Source: Candidatus Omnitrophota bacterium (GTDB lineage Bacteria > Omnitrophota > Gorgyraeia > Aquiviventales > Aquiviventaceae). From it: a stretch of 52,331 bases of DNA. Position 1 is the first letter of the stretch. Each line of letters starts with the position of its first letter. This document shows positions 28,412 through 38,265 of this stretch, piece after piece. Position numbers and translations under genes: made by a program. Below the pieces are notes generated by a model. The model saw only the letters and a list, made by a program, of their open reading frames with translations. It was not told the DNA's origin and ran no database searches. Location of the stretch: contig JACPSR010000142.1 of the NCBI GenBank assembly GCA_016193175.1, forward strand, positions 1 through 52,331, read 5' to 3'.

Positions 28412-29515
28412 ATGATAAAGGTGCTCGTCATCGGCGGGGGATTTGCGGGCTGCTGCGCGTCCCACCTGCTTTCGCAAAAGGGCTGGCACGTCACGCTGAT
28501 TGAAACGGCGCCGTTCCTAGGGGGCGGCTGTAAAACCTTCTTTTACGGGGGGCACCCCTTTACGTACGGACCGCGGCACTTCCTGACCAAGGACGAACGG
28601 CTCTTTGAGTTTCTCAACCAATACGTCCCGATGCGACGCTTTCCAGGACACGAGTTTCTGACGTACGTTGAGCGGGACCCCGGGTTCTATCACTTCCCGA
28701 TCCACCGGGACGACATCGAGCTGATGCCGGATCGCGACAAGATCCTCGGGGAGCTCCAGGGGCTCGACGGCGTGGAGGGAGCCCGGAATCTGGAGGAGTT
28801 CTGGCTGCGCTCGGTGGGATCGACCCTCTACAGCAAGTTCGTGGAAACCTACTCCAAGAAGATGTGGGACATCCCATCGAACACCGAGATCACCGACTTC
28901 GTCTTCACGACCAAAGGTGTGGCCCTCAAGACCGGCCCGAAGGCGGCATGGACGGAAGCGATCTCAGCCTTTCCGATGAAGATCAACGGCTACGATGACT
29001 ATTTCGAGATTGCGACGCGCGACGTTAGCGTCCACCTGAAGACAACGATCGACGCCTTCGACGTTGAGCACCATCGGGTGAACATTGAGGGGGTCTGGCA
29101 GACCTACGACCTCATCGTCAGCAGCATCTCACCGGAGATCATCCTCAACAATGCGTTCGGACCGCTGCGCTGGATCGGGCGCGACTTCTTCAAGATCGTC
29201 CTCCCGGTACCAGAGGTGTTCCCCCCGAACGTCTTCTTCCTCTACTATGCCAACCAGGAGCCCTTCACGCGGATCGTGGAGTACAAGAAGTTCTACCAGT
29301 ACGAGGCGCCGACCACCCTGCTGGGCCTGGAGATCCCGTCGTTCAACAACAAACTCTATCCCTATCCGGCGCGCCAGGATCAGGAGCGGGCCCAGCGGTA
29401 CCTGGACGCCCTGCCTCCGAAGGTCTTTTCCATCGGGCGGGCCGGGGTCTACCGGTATATCGACATTGACGACATCATTGCCCAATGCCTGGACCTGGCC
29501 AAACGAGTCTCGTAG
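28412..29515 (+). CDS. FAD-dependent NDP-pyranose mutase-like (Glf/UGM family)
   Basis: GGGFAG, GPRHF, YSKKMW, FTRIVEYK, YPY, GRAGVYRYIDID. Confidence 0.8.
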   Translation: MIKVLVIGGGFAGCCASHLLSQKGWHVTLIETAPFLGGGCKTFFYGGHPFTYGPRHFLTKDERLFEFLNQYVPMRRFPGHEFLTYVERDPGFYHFPIHRDDIELMPDRDKILGELQGLDGVEGARNLEEFWLRSVGSTLYSKFVETYSKKMWDIPSNTEITDFVFTTKGVALKTGPKAAWTEAISAFPMKINGYDDYFEIATRDVSVHLKTTIDAFDVEHHRVNIEGVWQTYDLIVSSISPEIILNNAFGPLRWIGRDFFKIVLPVPEVFPPNVFFLYYANQEPFTRIVEYKKFYQYEAPTTLLGLEIPSFNNKLYPYPARQDQERAQRYLDALPPKVFSIGRAGVYRYIDIDDIIAQCLDLAKRVS

Positions 29516-29532
29516 ACGCACGCCTCGGTGAG

Positions 29533-30723
29533 TTGAGCGTGGCCGAGTACGATCAGGCTGAGCAAGAGGCCATGGTGCAAACGCCCAATCGGGCCATCAT
29601 GGCGTTCCAGCCGGTCGTCTTCCACCAGTATGGTTATCCCGCGCGCGTCCGAATGGGAGCCGAGTTGTTCAAGTATATCGATGTGATGCATGACCTGCGG
29701 TTTGAAGAGGACTTTCATCAGCTGTTGGGTGGGCTGACGAGGGAGGAGTTTGATCTGCTGCAGCGGCTCACAACGCTCATCTGCCGGTTCAGCGAGGCGC
29801 GGTTTGGGCGCAAGGCGCTGGCGCGCTCAAGCGTGTTGCGCCACCTGTACGTCTTGCGCCACATTCGTTACCTCTCCGGCGGCCGCCCCCTTCGGGTGTT
29901 GGAGATCGGGCCTGGGTGCGGGTACCTGGGTGCCATGCTCATGCTGGAGGGCTATTCCTATGCGGCCATGGATGTCACTCAGGCGTTCTATCTCTACCAG
30001 AACTGGTTTTGGAATTTCATTTCTGATGGACAAGTGACCGAGCTCGCCCGCGACAGCGGCTTAGCACCACGCGAGATGACAGCACCTCAGCCCGGCGGTA
30101 TCCTCCATGTGCCCTGGTGGGAGTTCGTCAGGTCGGCCCTCCGTTCAGGCGCGCCGTTCGATCTAGTGGTCTGCAATCACGCCTTGTGCGAGATGCACCG
30201 TGATAGCCTGGCGTTCATCCTGAAGAGTGCGCGCCGGTTGCTCGATGCCCAAGATGGAAGACCCAAGGCCTTCGTCCTCGAGGGATGGGGGGCGCGCTAC
30301 ATCAGTCTTTCCGAAGCCACCAAGAGTTTCTACCGTGCCGGATTCACCATGGTCCATAATGACGGAGGGATCATCGTCTTCGCGCCCACCGGAACATCGT
30401 GGGCCACCAATGGCCTCCGGTTGCCGCACCACACGCCGTTGAAGCGGCGGTACGTGCGGGGAGTACGGCGCCTGTTGCGACGAGGGATCAATGTGGTGCG
30501 ACGGGCGATGTGGGAGTCGCCGCTGCCCGATATGTCGTACGAGCCTTGCGAGTACCGCGCCTCTGGCAACCCGTTCTCGCGAGCCATTCATGAGGGTCGG
30601 TCGGCTGAGCGTGGCACCAAGACGGTTGGTCTGGAGCAGGTGAACCGGTTCTACACCGAGCTGCTCGGGAGCGAAAATCACCTCAATCCTGATGAGCGGT
30701 TTCTGACGGAGCTGAGACCCTAA
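29533..30723 (+). CDS. Putative sugar O-methyltransferase-like protein (start approximate)
   Basis: VLEIGPGCGYLG, NHALCEM. Confidence 0.7.
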   Translation: MSVAEYDQAEQEAMVQTPNRAIMAFQPVVFHQYGYPARVRMGAELFKYIDVMHDLRFEEDFHQLLGGLTREEFDLLQRLTTLICRFSEARFGRKALARSSVLRHLYVLRHIRYLSGGRPLRVLEIGPGCGYLGAMLMLEGYSYAAMDVTQAFYLYQNWFWNFISDGQVTELARDSGLAPREMTAPQPGGILHVPWWEFVRSALRSGAPFDLVVCNHALCEMHRDSLAFILKSARRLLDAQDGRPKAFVLEGWGARYISLSEATKSFYRAGFTMVHNDGGIIVFAPTGTSWATNGLRLPHHTPLKRRYVRGVRRLLRRGINVVRRAMWESPLPDMSYEPCEYRASGNPFSRAIHEGRSAERGTKTVGLEQVNRFYTELLGSENHLNPDERFLTELRP

Positions 30724-30728
30724 AGAGG

Positions 30729-31712
30729 ATGTCCAGTCAGCGGTACGATCCCTCGGCGGTTGGCTCAGACATTCCACGTTCTTGGCGGCAGTACATGGCC
30801 CGGCGGTACGCCTCCTGGGTCATCGCGGCCCTGGGCCTGAACCGACAGGGGTTCCTCTCGACGGAGATCGTGCAGCAAATCCGCCCAATCTGCACGACCC
30901 CAACCCGCAGCGGTCCGCTGCGCTGTGTCGCCGGCCACGGGCGGTTGCGCTGGAGAGCACTGACGTTCTACACCGAGGAGCCGCAGACCATCACGTGGCT
31001 GGACAGCCTGAAAGAGCACGATCTGCTGTGGGATGTGGGAGCGAATGTCGGCCTCTACGCGATCTACGCCGCCAAGGTCGCCCGCTGCAAGGTGGTGGCG
31101 TTTGAGCCGGAGGCGCAGAACTACGCGCTCCTGTTGGAGAACATCGTGCTCAATGGGGTGCAGGCGTTGGTGGACGCCACGAACCTCCCGGTGACGCGGC
31201 AAACGGGTTTCGGCCGGCTCCACGTCCACGCCCTGACGAAGGGAGGAGCCTACAACCAGTTCGAGCTCTCTGGCTCGGCTGCGTCCGGTGGTGATGGAGA
31301 TCGCCTTCCATCGTCGATTCCTGTGACGCAGGTGCAGCTCGGGGTGTCATTGGACGATCTGATCACCACGTTTCAGTTCCCGTGCCCGACACACATCAAA
31401 GTGGATGTGGATGGCAATGAGCCCGACATCATTGCGGGGGCCCAACGTGTGCTGGCGCACCCGAGGTGCCGGAGCGTGCTCGTGGAGGTGCGCCAGGACG
31501 ACGCGGCACACCAGCGGATCATCAAAGTGCTCCAAGGGCTGGGCTACCGCTGCGTCTCGCAGCAGAACAACTGGGATTTCCGCGCGAATCGCGAGCGGGA
31601 GCACCAGCATCCTGCGCTCAATATGATCTTCACAAAGGGTGCTGGTCACGAGGAGAGGGATTGCGCTGCCGTGAGCGGACAAGGAATCTCCAATGGTGAG
31701 GCGTCACACTGA
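30729..31712 (+). CDS. FkbM family methyltransferase
   Basis: WDVGANVG, AFEPE, HIKVDVDGNE. Confidence 0.9.
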   Translation: MSSQRYDPSAVGSDIPRSWRQYMARRYASWVIAALGLNRQGFLSTEIVQQIRPICTTPTRSGPLRCVAGHGRLRWRALTFYTEEPQTITWLDSLKEHDLLWDVGANVGLYAIYAAKVARCKVVAFEPEAQNYALLLENIVLNGVQALVDATNLPVTRQTGFGRLHVHALTKGGAYNQFELSGSAASGGDGDRLPSSIPVTQVQLGVSLDDLITTFQFPCPTHIKVDVDGNEPDIIAGAQRVLAHPRCRSVLVEVRQDDAAHQRIIKVLQGLGYRCVSQQNNWDFRANREREHQHPALNMIFTKGAGHEERDCAAVSGQGISNGEASH

Positions 31713-31713
31713 G

Positions 31714-33000
31714 ATGGATGTCGCACAACGGTGGAGAAGAGTTGTGGCGTTCGTGCGACGCCAGCCCCGAGACATTTGGGAGGGCGGTTGGCACGCGCTG
31801 CTTCGGAAAATTCTCATGACGCTGGACATCATCCTGGCCGTTCCGTTGGTCTTCGCCGCCAGGCTGCTGCGTCCGTTCGTGCTCATCCGGTTCGCCGGCT
31901 TGCCGATGCAGGGGATCGGACACCTGGCCACTGATATGGAGCTGGTGCTGTGCCGGCGGGACGCCGGCCTCTATGGGCGGACACTTGACCTGTTCTGCAT
32001 CGGCATGCCGGTGTGCAACCAGCAACTCACGCGCATGTGGCAGCGGACGGTGCATGTCAGCCGGTTCGCCCGCACGGCGGAGCGGGTCAATCGATGGCTC
32101 CCAGGTGGATGGCGCAACCGCATCCCCTTCGATGGGGAACCCAGCGACACGCACGGCCTCTTCGCAATGACGACGCCCCACCTATCCTTCATCCCTGAGG
32201 AGCAACGCCAAGGAACCGACGCGTTGCGGCGGCTCAGTGTGCCTGAGGGCCAACCATTTATATGCTTCCACGCCCGCGACTTGGCCTACTATGTGGAGAA
32301 GTCGAGGCGTCTCGATCTCTACCTTAATTCAGACATCCAGACGTATCGGCTTGCCGTTGAAGCCCTGGCGCAACGAGGCTACGTCCTGTTCCGGATGGGT
32401 GCTGTGGTGCAGCGGCCGCTGGTGACCCACAACCCCCGGATCATTGATTATGCCAGCATCGCCCGCACCGATTTCTTGGACATCTTCCTGCCGGCGCACT
32501 GCCGGTTCTACCTGGGCGACGCGAGCGGGTTGCATAACGTCCCACTGATCTTCCGAAGACCGATCGCGATCGTCAACCACAGTTCGTTGGAGTACACGGT
32601 CAGTTGGAACCCCTACGACCTCTTCATCCCCAAGAAGTTGTGGCTGCGGTTGGAGCGACGGCTGATGACATTCCGAGAGATCCTGGGGTCCGGTGCCGGG
32701 CGATTTGCGAGAGACCACCAGTATGCTGAGATGGGCCTTGAGCTGATCAACAACACCCCGGAGGAGATCGCCGCGCTGGCCCTGGAGATGGACGCCAGGC
32801 TCAACGGCACATGGCAGCCGACAGCGGAAGACGAAGAGCTGCAGCGACGCTTTTGGGAGATCTTCCGGTCCTGCACGAGGGTATATGCTTCCGCCCCCTG
32901 GCGGGTCCACCGGCGCATTGGCGCGGAGTTCCTGCGGCAACACCAGGCGTTATTGGAAGAGCGCACGACACCACAGCCGACATTGGTATGCGCGAGTTAA
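31714..33000 (+). CDS. Putative glycosyltransferase (TIGR04372-like)
   Basis: IGHLA, CFHARD, FRMG, DFLDIFL, FIPKK, NTPEEI, IGAEFL. Confidence 0.75.
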   Translation: MDVAQRWRRVVAFVRRQPRDIWEGGWHALLRKILMTLDIILAVPLVFAARLLRPFVLIRFAGLPMQGIGHLATDMELVLCRRDAGLYGRTLDLFCIGMPVCNQQLTRMWQRTVHVSRFARTAERVNRWLPGGWRNRIPFDGEPSDTHGLFAMTTPHLSFIPEEQRQGTDALRRLSVPEGQPFICFHARDLAYYVEKSRRLDLYLNSDIQTYRLAVEALAQRGYVLFRMGAVVQRPLVTHNPRIIDYASIARTDFLDIFLPAHCRFYLGDASGLHNVPLIFRRPIAIVNHSSLEYTVSWNPYDLFIPKKLWLRLERRLMTFREILGSGAGRFARDHQYAEMGLELINNTPEEIAALALEMDARLNGTWQPTAEDEELQRRFWEIFRSCTRVYASAPWRVHRRIGAEFLRQHQALLEERTTPQPTLVCAS

Positions 33001-33029
33001 GCCATCGAACGGAAGAACTCATTCCACGG

Positions 33030-33749
33030 ATGACAGATGTCGTGATCCTATGCGGGGGCAGGGGCACGCGGTTGGGGAGGCTCACGGCGGACACGCCGAA
33101 ACCGCTGTTGCCGGTCGGGGGGGGTCCGTTTCTGTTGCGCCGCTTGACGGCCCTCAGGAGGGAAGGTTTCTCGCGCTTCCTGCTGGCGGCACACTATCTG
33201 GCCGGCCAGTTCCATGTGTTTGCAGAGCACTACGGGCGTGTGGTGCCTGGCCTCGAGGTGATCGAGGAGCCCAAGCCGCTCGGGACCGGCGGGGCCCTGC
33301 GTCACGCCGCCTCGCTCGTCCGCTCGCCGGTCTTCGTCGCCTTGAACGGCGACTCATGGATGGCGCAGCCGGCGGCCCCGGTCCTCGCGGCGCATGGGCA
33401 GGGCAGCCGGCTGATGAGCATGGTCGTCGTGCGCGCCGGGCGCGTGGTAGGCAGCCGCAGCGCGAAGGGGGTCGTGACATTCAGTCCTGAGGGACGGCTT
33501 CTGGGATTCTCGACAGGCGAAGCAGGCATGGACGCATGGGTGAACAGCGGCCTGTATGTCCTGGATCGGGCCATGGTGCAGGGCTGGCCTGAGGGGTCGT
33601 ATGATCTCGAGTCGCATGTGAGCGACCTCGTGCCGTCCGGCGGCTTCGTGTTTCCGTCGGAGGGAACATTCCTCGACATCGGCACCCCGGAGTGCTACGC
33701 GCGCGCCCAGCAGGTCTGGGAGGGATCGGAGGCGGTGGCGAGGCGATGA
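33030..33749 (+). CDS. Sugar-1-phosphate nucleotidyltransferase (HddC-like)
   Basis: LCGGRGTRL, PKPL, EPKPLGTGGA, NGDS, FLDIGTPE. Confidence 0.88.
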   Translation: MTDVVILCGGRGTRLGRLTADTPKPLLPVGGGPFLLRRLTALRREGFSRFLLAAHYLAGQFHVFAEHYGRVVPGLEVIEEPKPLGTGGALRHAASLVRSPVFVALNGDSWMAQPAAPVLAAHGQGSRLMSMVVVRAGRVVGSRSAKGVVTFSPEGRLLGFSTGEAGMDAWVNSGLYVLDRAMVQGWPEGSYDLESHVSDLVPSGGFVFPSEGTFLDIGTPECYARAQQVWEGSEAVARR

Positions 33750-34945
33750 GTGCGCACACCACAGCCGCAAGACCAGACGCCGCGCAGCCGTCGTACCGGA
33801 TCACCTTCGGCCATATCGAAATTGGCGAGGCAGGCCGCCGATTCCTCTCGGAGGCGTTGAGCCGCAACTGGGTCTCCGAGGGCCCGAACGTCCGGCGATT
33901 TGAAGCCGGCTTCGCCAGGAAGTTCGGCTACGGCCATGCCGTGGCGACCAGCTCCGGGACCGATGCGGGGATCGTGGCGATGAGCGCCCTGTTGGAACGG
34001 GGGGCCAAGCGTGGAGAGGAAGTGATCACGCCAGCGCTCGCCTTCGTCTCGACGGCGAACTGCATCCTCGCCGCCGGATTGGTCCCACGGTTCGTCGACG
34101 TGGAGCTTGAGACGCTGAACATCGATCCCGCGAAGATGGAGGCGGCGATGACATCCAAGACGCGGGCGATCCAGGTCGTCCACACGATGGGCAAGCCCTG
34201 CGCGATGGGCGAGATCCTTGCGATCGCGAAGCGCCATCATCTGCTCGTCATCGAGGATTGCTGCGAGGCTCATGGGGCGACGCTCAACGGCCAGGTGATC
34301 GGGTCCTTCGGCGCGATGGGGCTCTTCAGCTTCTACGCCGCCCATCTCATCTGCAGCGGCGAGGGCGGGATGATCTCCACCAACGACGCGGAGCTGGCGG
34401 GGTTGTGCCGCTCGATCCGGTCGCACGGTCGGCGGGGCGGGCAACCGTACTTTCACTTCGACCAGGTCGGCTTCAACTCCAAGATGAACGATCTGGAAGC
34501 CGCCATCGGCCTCGAGGGGCTTGAGCTGTTTGACCAGACCTTCGCCATCCGTCGGCGGCATCTCGCCCGCCTGAGGGAGCTGCTGTCGCCGCTGGAGGAC
34601 AGGGTGATCCTCTATCCCGATGGGCGCGGGGAGGTCATCAGTCCGCATGCGATGCCGTTGGTCCTGCGGGACGAGCGGGCATCCATTGAGCCGCTCTATC
34701 GGCATCTCGAGCACGCTGGCATTCAGTGCAAGACGCTCTTTGGCTCACTCCCCACTCAGCACCGGGCATTTGCGTTTCTCGGCTACCGGCCAGGGGACTT
34801 CCCGGTCGCAGAGCGGATCGGCCGAACGGGTCTCCATTTTGGGGTGCACCAGTATTTGACGGAGGACGACGTGGAGTATGCGGCTGATACCGTGCGGTCA
34901 TACTTCACCAGGAGCAACGCGATGAGTCACTCCCGGAGCCGATGA
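33746..34945 (+). CDS. DegT-fold PLP enzyme with His at the catalytic position (ColD-like 3-dehydratase candidate)
   Basis: EDCCEAHGA, SFYAAHLICSGEGG. Confidence 0.8.
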   Translation: MSAHTTAARPDAAQPSYRITFGHIEIGEAGRRFLSEALSRNWVSEGPNVRRFEAGFARKFGYGHAVATSSGTDAGIVAMSALLERGAKRGEEVITPALAFVSTANCILAAGLVPRFVDVELETLNIDPAKMEAAMTSKTRAIQVVHTMGKPCAMGEILAIAKRHHLLVIEDCCEAHGATLNGQVIGSFGAMGLFSFYAAHLICSGEGGMISTNDAELAGLCRSIRSHGRRGGQPYFHFDQVGFNSKMNDLEAAIGLEGLELFDQTFAIRRRHLARLRELLSPLEDRVILYPDGRGEVISPHAMPLVLRDERASIEPLYRHLEHAGIQCKTLFGSLPTQHRAFAFLGYRPGDFPVAERIGRTGLHFGVHQYLTEDDVEYAADTVRSYFTRSNAMSHSRSR

Positions 34946-35778
34946 ACAACGCGCCAGTCTTGGTAACCGGAGCCCATGGATTTTTGGGCCGCAATGTTGT
35001 TGAAGCGCTGAACGATTTCAAGGTCTTTGCCCCTCCTCGCAGCGAACTGGATTGCCGTGATGTTGGGGAGCTATCCGATTATGTCGCTCGTCACGCCATT
35101 CGATTCGTGGTGCATTGCGCCGGGCCGGGCACGCAGCCAAAGCGCGACGAGCCCGGCTGTTTCGACAACATCGTCGGTATGTTTTTCAATCTCGTGCGGC
35201 TGCGAGAGCGGTTTGACAAGGTCATTTGCGTAGGAACGGGCCATGAGTTTCTCGCGCAAGGCCGTCTGAGTGATCTGCCCTGCGTGAAGAGCTACCGGCT
35301 TCTGCCTGAGAATCTGTATGGCTTCGCCAAGCTGATCTGCAACAACTTCATCCATGACCATGGGCTGCAGAACTTCATCAATGTGCGCATCTTCTACGCG
35401 TTTGGCAAGCATGAGGATCCCGACGCGCGTCTCATGCCGCGTGCAATCAGCCATCTGCTGGACAACACAGACGTCTTCATCGATCACGATGCGTTGTTGA
35501 GCTTCATCTACGCCACGGATTTCGCGCGGTTCATCGCCACGCTGCTCACGGCTGAGCGGTATCGCGCGAGCTATCACGCCTGCTACCGGCAGCCGATGCG
35601 CCTGAGCGCCCTCTTGGCGCAAGCGAAGGATCTGTGCGGTTCACGCTCCAAGATCGTCATGCAAGATCGCCGTTGCGAGGTCTACACGTCAGCGGCTTAC
35701 TTGCCAGGCTTTCAGCACAGCGAGAAGAATGTGGTTGAACTCCTTGAGCATTACACGCAACCGGCGGTCGCGGCATGA
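34942..35778 (+). CDS. NAD-dependent epimerase/reductase
   Basis: TGAHGFLG, YGFAK. Confidence 0.82.
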   Translation: MNNAPVLVTGAHGFLGRNVVEALNDFKVFAPPRSELDCRDVGELSDYVARHAIRFVVHCAGPGTQPKRDEPGCFDNIVGMFFNLVRLRERFDKVICVGTGHEFLAQGRLSDLPCVKSYRLLPENLYGFAKLICNNFIHDHGLQNFINVRIFYAFGKHEDPDARLMPRAISHLLDNTDVFIDHDALLSFIYATDFARFIATLLTAERYRASYHACYRQPMRLSALLAQAKDLCGSRSKIVMQDRRCEVYTSAAYLPGFQHSEKNVVELLEHYTQPAVAA

Positions 35779-36158
35779 TGCATCCCATCGAATCGTTTGC
35801 CGATGATCGCGTGCGCCGGTATTTCGACGTCTTTCCTCAACTCAGTCCCGAGCAGGTCACGGTGTCCAAAATCTCCAAAGCTGGCACGATTAACGCGTGG
35901 CATCGGCATAAGCGCCAGACCGATTGGTTCGTCGTCATCGAGGGCCGGCTGGAAGCCTTCATTCTCACCAAAGAGAAACACCTGACCCGGCATATGTTGG
36001 ACGGGGCCAGTCCGCAATGCTTGGAGATTCAGCCAGGACTCTACCACGGCTGGAAATCGCTTCAAGATAACACCATCCTGGTCTATTGCCTGAGTCACAA
36101 GCACGACGAGAAGGATGAGGAACGGGTGCCCTACGAGACGATGGGGGTGCCGCTGTGA
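35775..36158 (+). CDS. RmlC-like cupin (3,5-epimerase family)
   Basis: F.DDR, AWHRH..QTDWF, IQPGLYHG. Confidence 0.8.
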   Translation: MMHPIESFADDRVRRYFDVFPQLSPEQVTVSKISKAGTINAWHRHKRQTDWFVVIEGRLEAFILTKEKHLTRHMLDGASPQCLEIQPGLYHGWKSLQDNTILVYCLSHKHDEKDEERVPYETMGVPL

Positions 36159-36302
36159 TCCCCCCACCTGCTGGCGGCAGTGCCGCCAACAACAAGAAAC
36201 AGCGAGTTGGCACTGCCGGGGTTGGCTGGCAGGTGCCCGTTACGGAGGGATGCCAACCCACGGCTCCGCCGCTGGCGGAGCCTCCAGCAGGTGGGGGGAT
36301 GA
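36155..36302. repeat. Junction element 4
   Basis: ATCCCCCCACCTGCTGG (36158-36174) / CCAGCAGGTGGGGGGAT (36284-36300), perfect; three internal stems including GGCTCCGCC-GCT-GGCGGAGCC. Confidence 0.88.
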
Positions 36303-37534
36303 AGCTGCGCCGCTGCCGCATGTGCCATGGCTCAAGGCTTGAAACCTATCTTGATTTGGGAGCGACTCCGCTCGCGGACGGTTTTTTGAGGGCGGATCAG
36401 CTACACGAACCTGAAGCTGTCTATCCGCTGGCGGTGGCGCTGTGCAAAAATTGTGGCCTGTCCCAATTAACCCATGTGGTCAGCCCGGAAATTCTCTACT
36501 GCCGTAATTATCCCTACGAATCCTCCACTACCGTGACCGGTCGCCAACACTGGGCCGAATTCGCAGCCACCGTGACGCGCAAATTGTCGCTTCAACGTAA
36601 GGATCTTGTCGTGGATATCGGCAGCAACGTCGGCGTGCTGTTGGCGATGTTTCGCAAGCAGGGGGTGCGCGTGGTGGGGGTTGACCCGGCTTCCAATATT
36701 GTGGCCATCGCGCGCCGGCGCGGTATCCCCACCGAGTGCGGGTTTTTTGATGTCGCGATCGCCCGCACGATCGTGACGGCATGGGGTCGAGCGGCTCTGG
36801 CGACAGCGACCAACACCTTCGCCCATATCAATGATTTGGATCGGGTTGCCCAAGCCCTCAAGATTTTGTTACAAGAAGACGGGGTGTTCGTGCTGGAAGC
36901 CCCCCATTTCTTGAGGCTGCTTCAACACCTGGAGTATGACACGATTTACCATGAGCATCTGTCGTATCTGACGGTCAAATCGCTCGCGCGATTTTTTCAT
37001 CGGTTTCGCATGGAAGTCTTTGACGTCGAAGAGCGTCCGATTCACGGAGGGTCCATCAGGGTGTACGTCCAAATGCCCAAGGGCAGGCGCCGGGTTCAAG
37101 GCATCGTCGGTCGCTTGATACGCGAGGAGGAGCGTCACGGAGCGTTCAGCCTTCAGAGGCTCAGGAAATTTGCCGCAGCCGTTCGGCAACACCGCGACGC
37201 GCTTCAGAGGCGTCTGCAATGGCTCAAACGCCAAGGCAACGTCATCGCGGGCGTCAGCGCTCCGGCCAAAGGCATGACGCTGCTGAATTACTGCCGCCTG
37301 GGCCCTGACGTGCTCGATTTCATCAGTGAAAAGTCGACACTCAAGATCGGCCGGTTTACGCCGGGGGTCCATGTCCCCGTGGTGAGCGACGAGAAGCTCC
37401 TCAAACGCCAACCAGATTACGCGCTGATTCTGGCATGGAATTTCGCACCCGAGATCATGGGCAATCTGGAATCATACCGGCGCCGCGGGGGAAAGTTTAT
37501 CATCCCGATCCCCAGGCCGCGTATCATCGCCTGA
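36299..37534 (+). CDS. NDP-sugar C-methyltransferase
   Basis: CRMC..CKNC, DIGSNVG, NTFAH, YDTIYHEH, HGGSIR, APAKG, AWNF. Confidence 0.9.
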   Translation: MKLRRCRMCHGSRLETYLDLGATPLADGFLRADQLHEPEAVYPLAVALCKNCGLSQLTHVVSPEILYCRNYPYESSTTVTGRQHWAEFAATVTRKLSLQRKDLVVDIGSNVGVLLAMFRKQGVRVVGVDPASNIVAIARRRGIPTECGFFDVAIARTIVTAWGRAALATATNTFAHINDLDRVAQALKILLQEDGVFVLEAPHFLRLLQHLEYDTIYHEHLSYLTVKSLARFFHRFRMEVFDVEERPIHGGSIRVYVQMPKGRRRVQGIVGRLIREEERHGAFSLQRLRKFAAAVRQHRDALQRRLQWLKRQGNVIAGVSAPAKGMTLLNYCRLGPDVLDFISEKSTLKIGRFTPGVHVPVVSDEKLLKRQPDYALILAWNFAPEIMGNLESYRRRGGKFIIPIPRPRIIA

Positions 37535-37548
37535 CATGTGCTGGATGC

Positions 37549-38265
37549 ATGATTTCCATTGTCACGCCGACGTATAACGAGGCGGAGAATGTTGAGGCGT
37601 TTACGGAAGGCATCGCCGGCATTGTCGAGGACATCCCCGAGCCGGTGGAGCTGCTCTTTGTCGATGCCGAGAGTCCCGATGGCACAGCCGGCGTCATCCG
37701 GCGACTGCAGGCGACGTATCCTTTCGTGCGGCTGCTGGAACGGCCCAAGCAAAGTTTTGGGCACGCCCTGTTGGCGGGATGTGATCAGGCGAAGGGTGAC
37801 TACTTGACGGTGATGGACGCGGACCGGTGTCAAGACCCTCATGACCTGGTCCGGTTGTACGCCAAGCTGCAGGAGGGCTCCGCGGACATGGTGATCGGTT
37901 CTCGCTACGCGAAGGGCAGCCGCACGATCGGGAAATCCTGGTGGCGGGTGTTGGGCAGCCGGATCCTCAATCGCGTGAGCATTATCGCCTTGAAGCTTCC
38001 ACTGTCCGATGCGACGCATCCCTTCCGGCTGTTTCGCCGCCGTGTCTATGAGCAGGTCAGAAACCACATTCATGTCACGGGACATCCCTCCCTGATCGTT
38101 GAGTTGACCTACCGGGCGTATCGGGCGGGTTTTACGTTCGACGAAATTCCCGTGGTGTACCGAGAGAGAAACACCGGGCGTTCCAAGCTGAACCTGCTGC
38201 CCGAAACCTGGAATTTTCTTCGGTATCTCGTGGACTTGAAAAACGAGAGGCGCGCCTCGCAATGA
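37549..38265 (+). CDS. GT2 glycosyltransferase (DPM1-like)
   Basis: [26 protein letters not shown]. Confidence 0.88.
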   Translation: MISIVTPTYNEAENVEAFTEGIAGIVEDIPEPVELLFVDAESPDGTAGVIRRLQATYPFVRLLERPKQSFGHALLAGCDQAKGDYLTVMDADRCQDPHDLVRLYAKLQEGSADMVIGSRYAKGSRTIGKSWWRVLGSRILNRVSIIALKLPLSDATHPFRLFRRRVYEQVRNHIHVTGHPSLIVELTYRAYRAGFTFDEIPVVYRERNTGRSKLNLLPETWNFLRYLVDLKNERRASQ

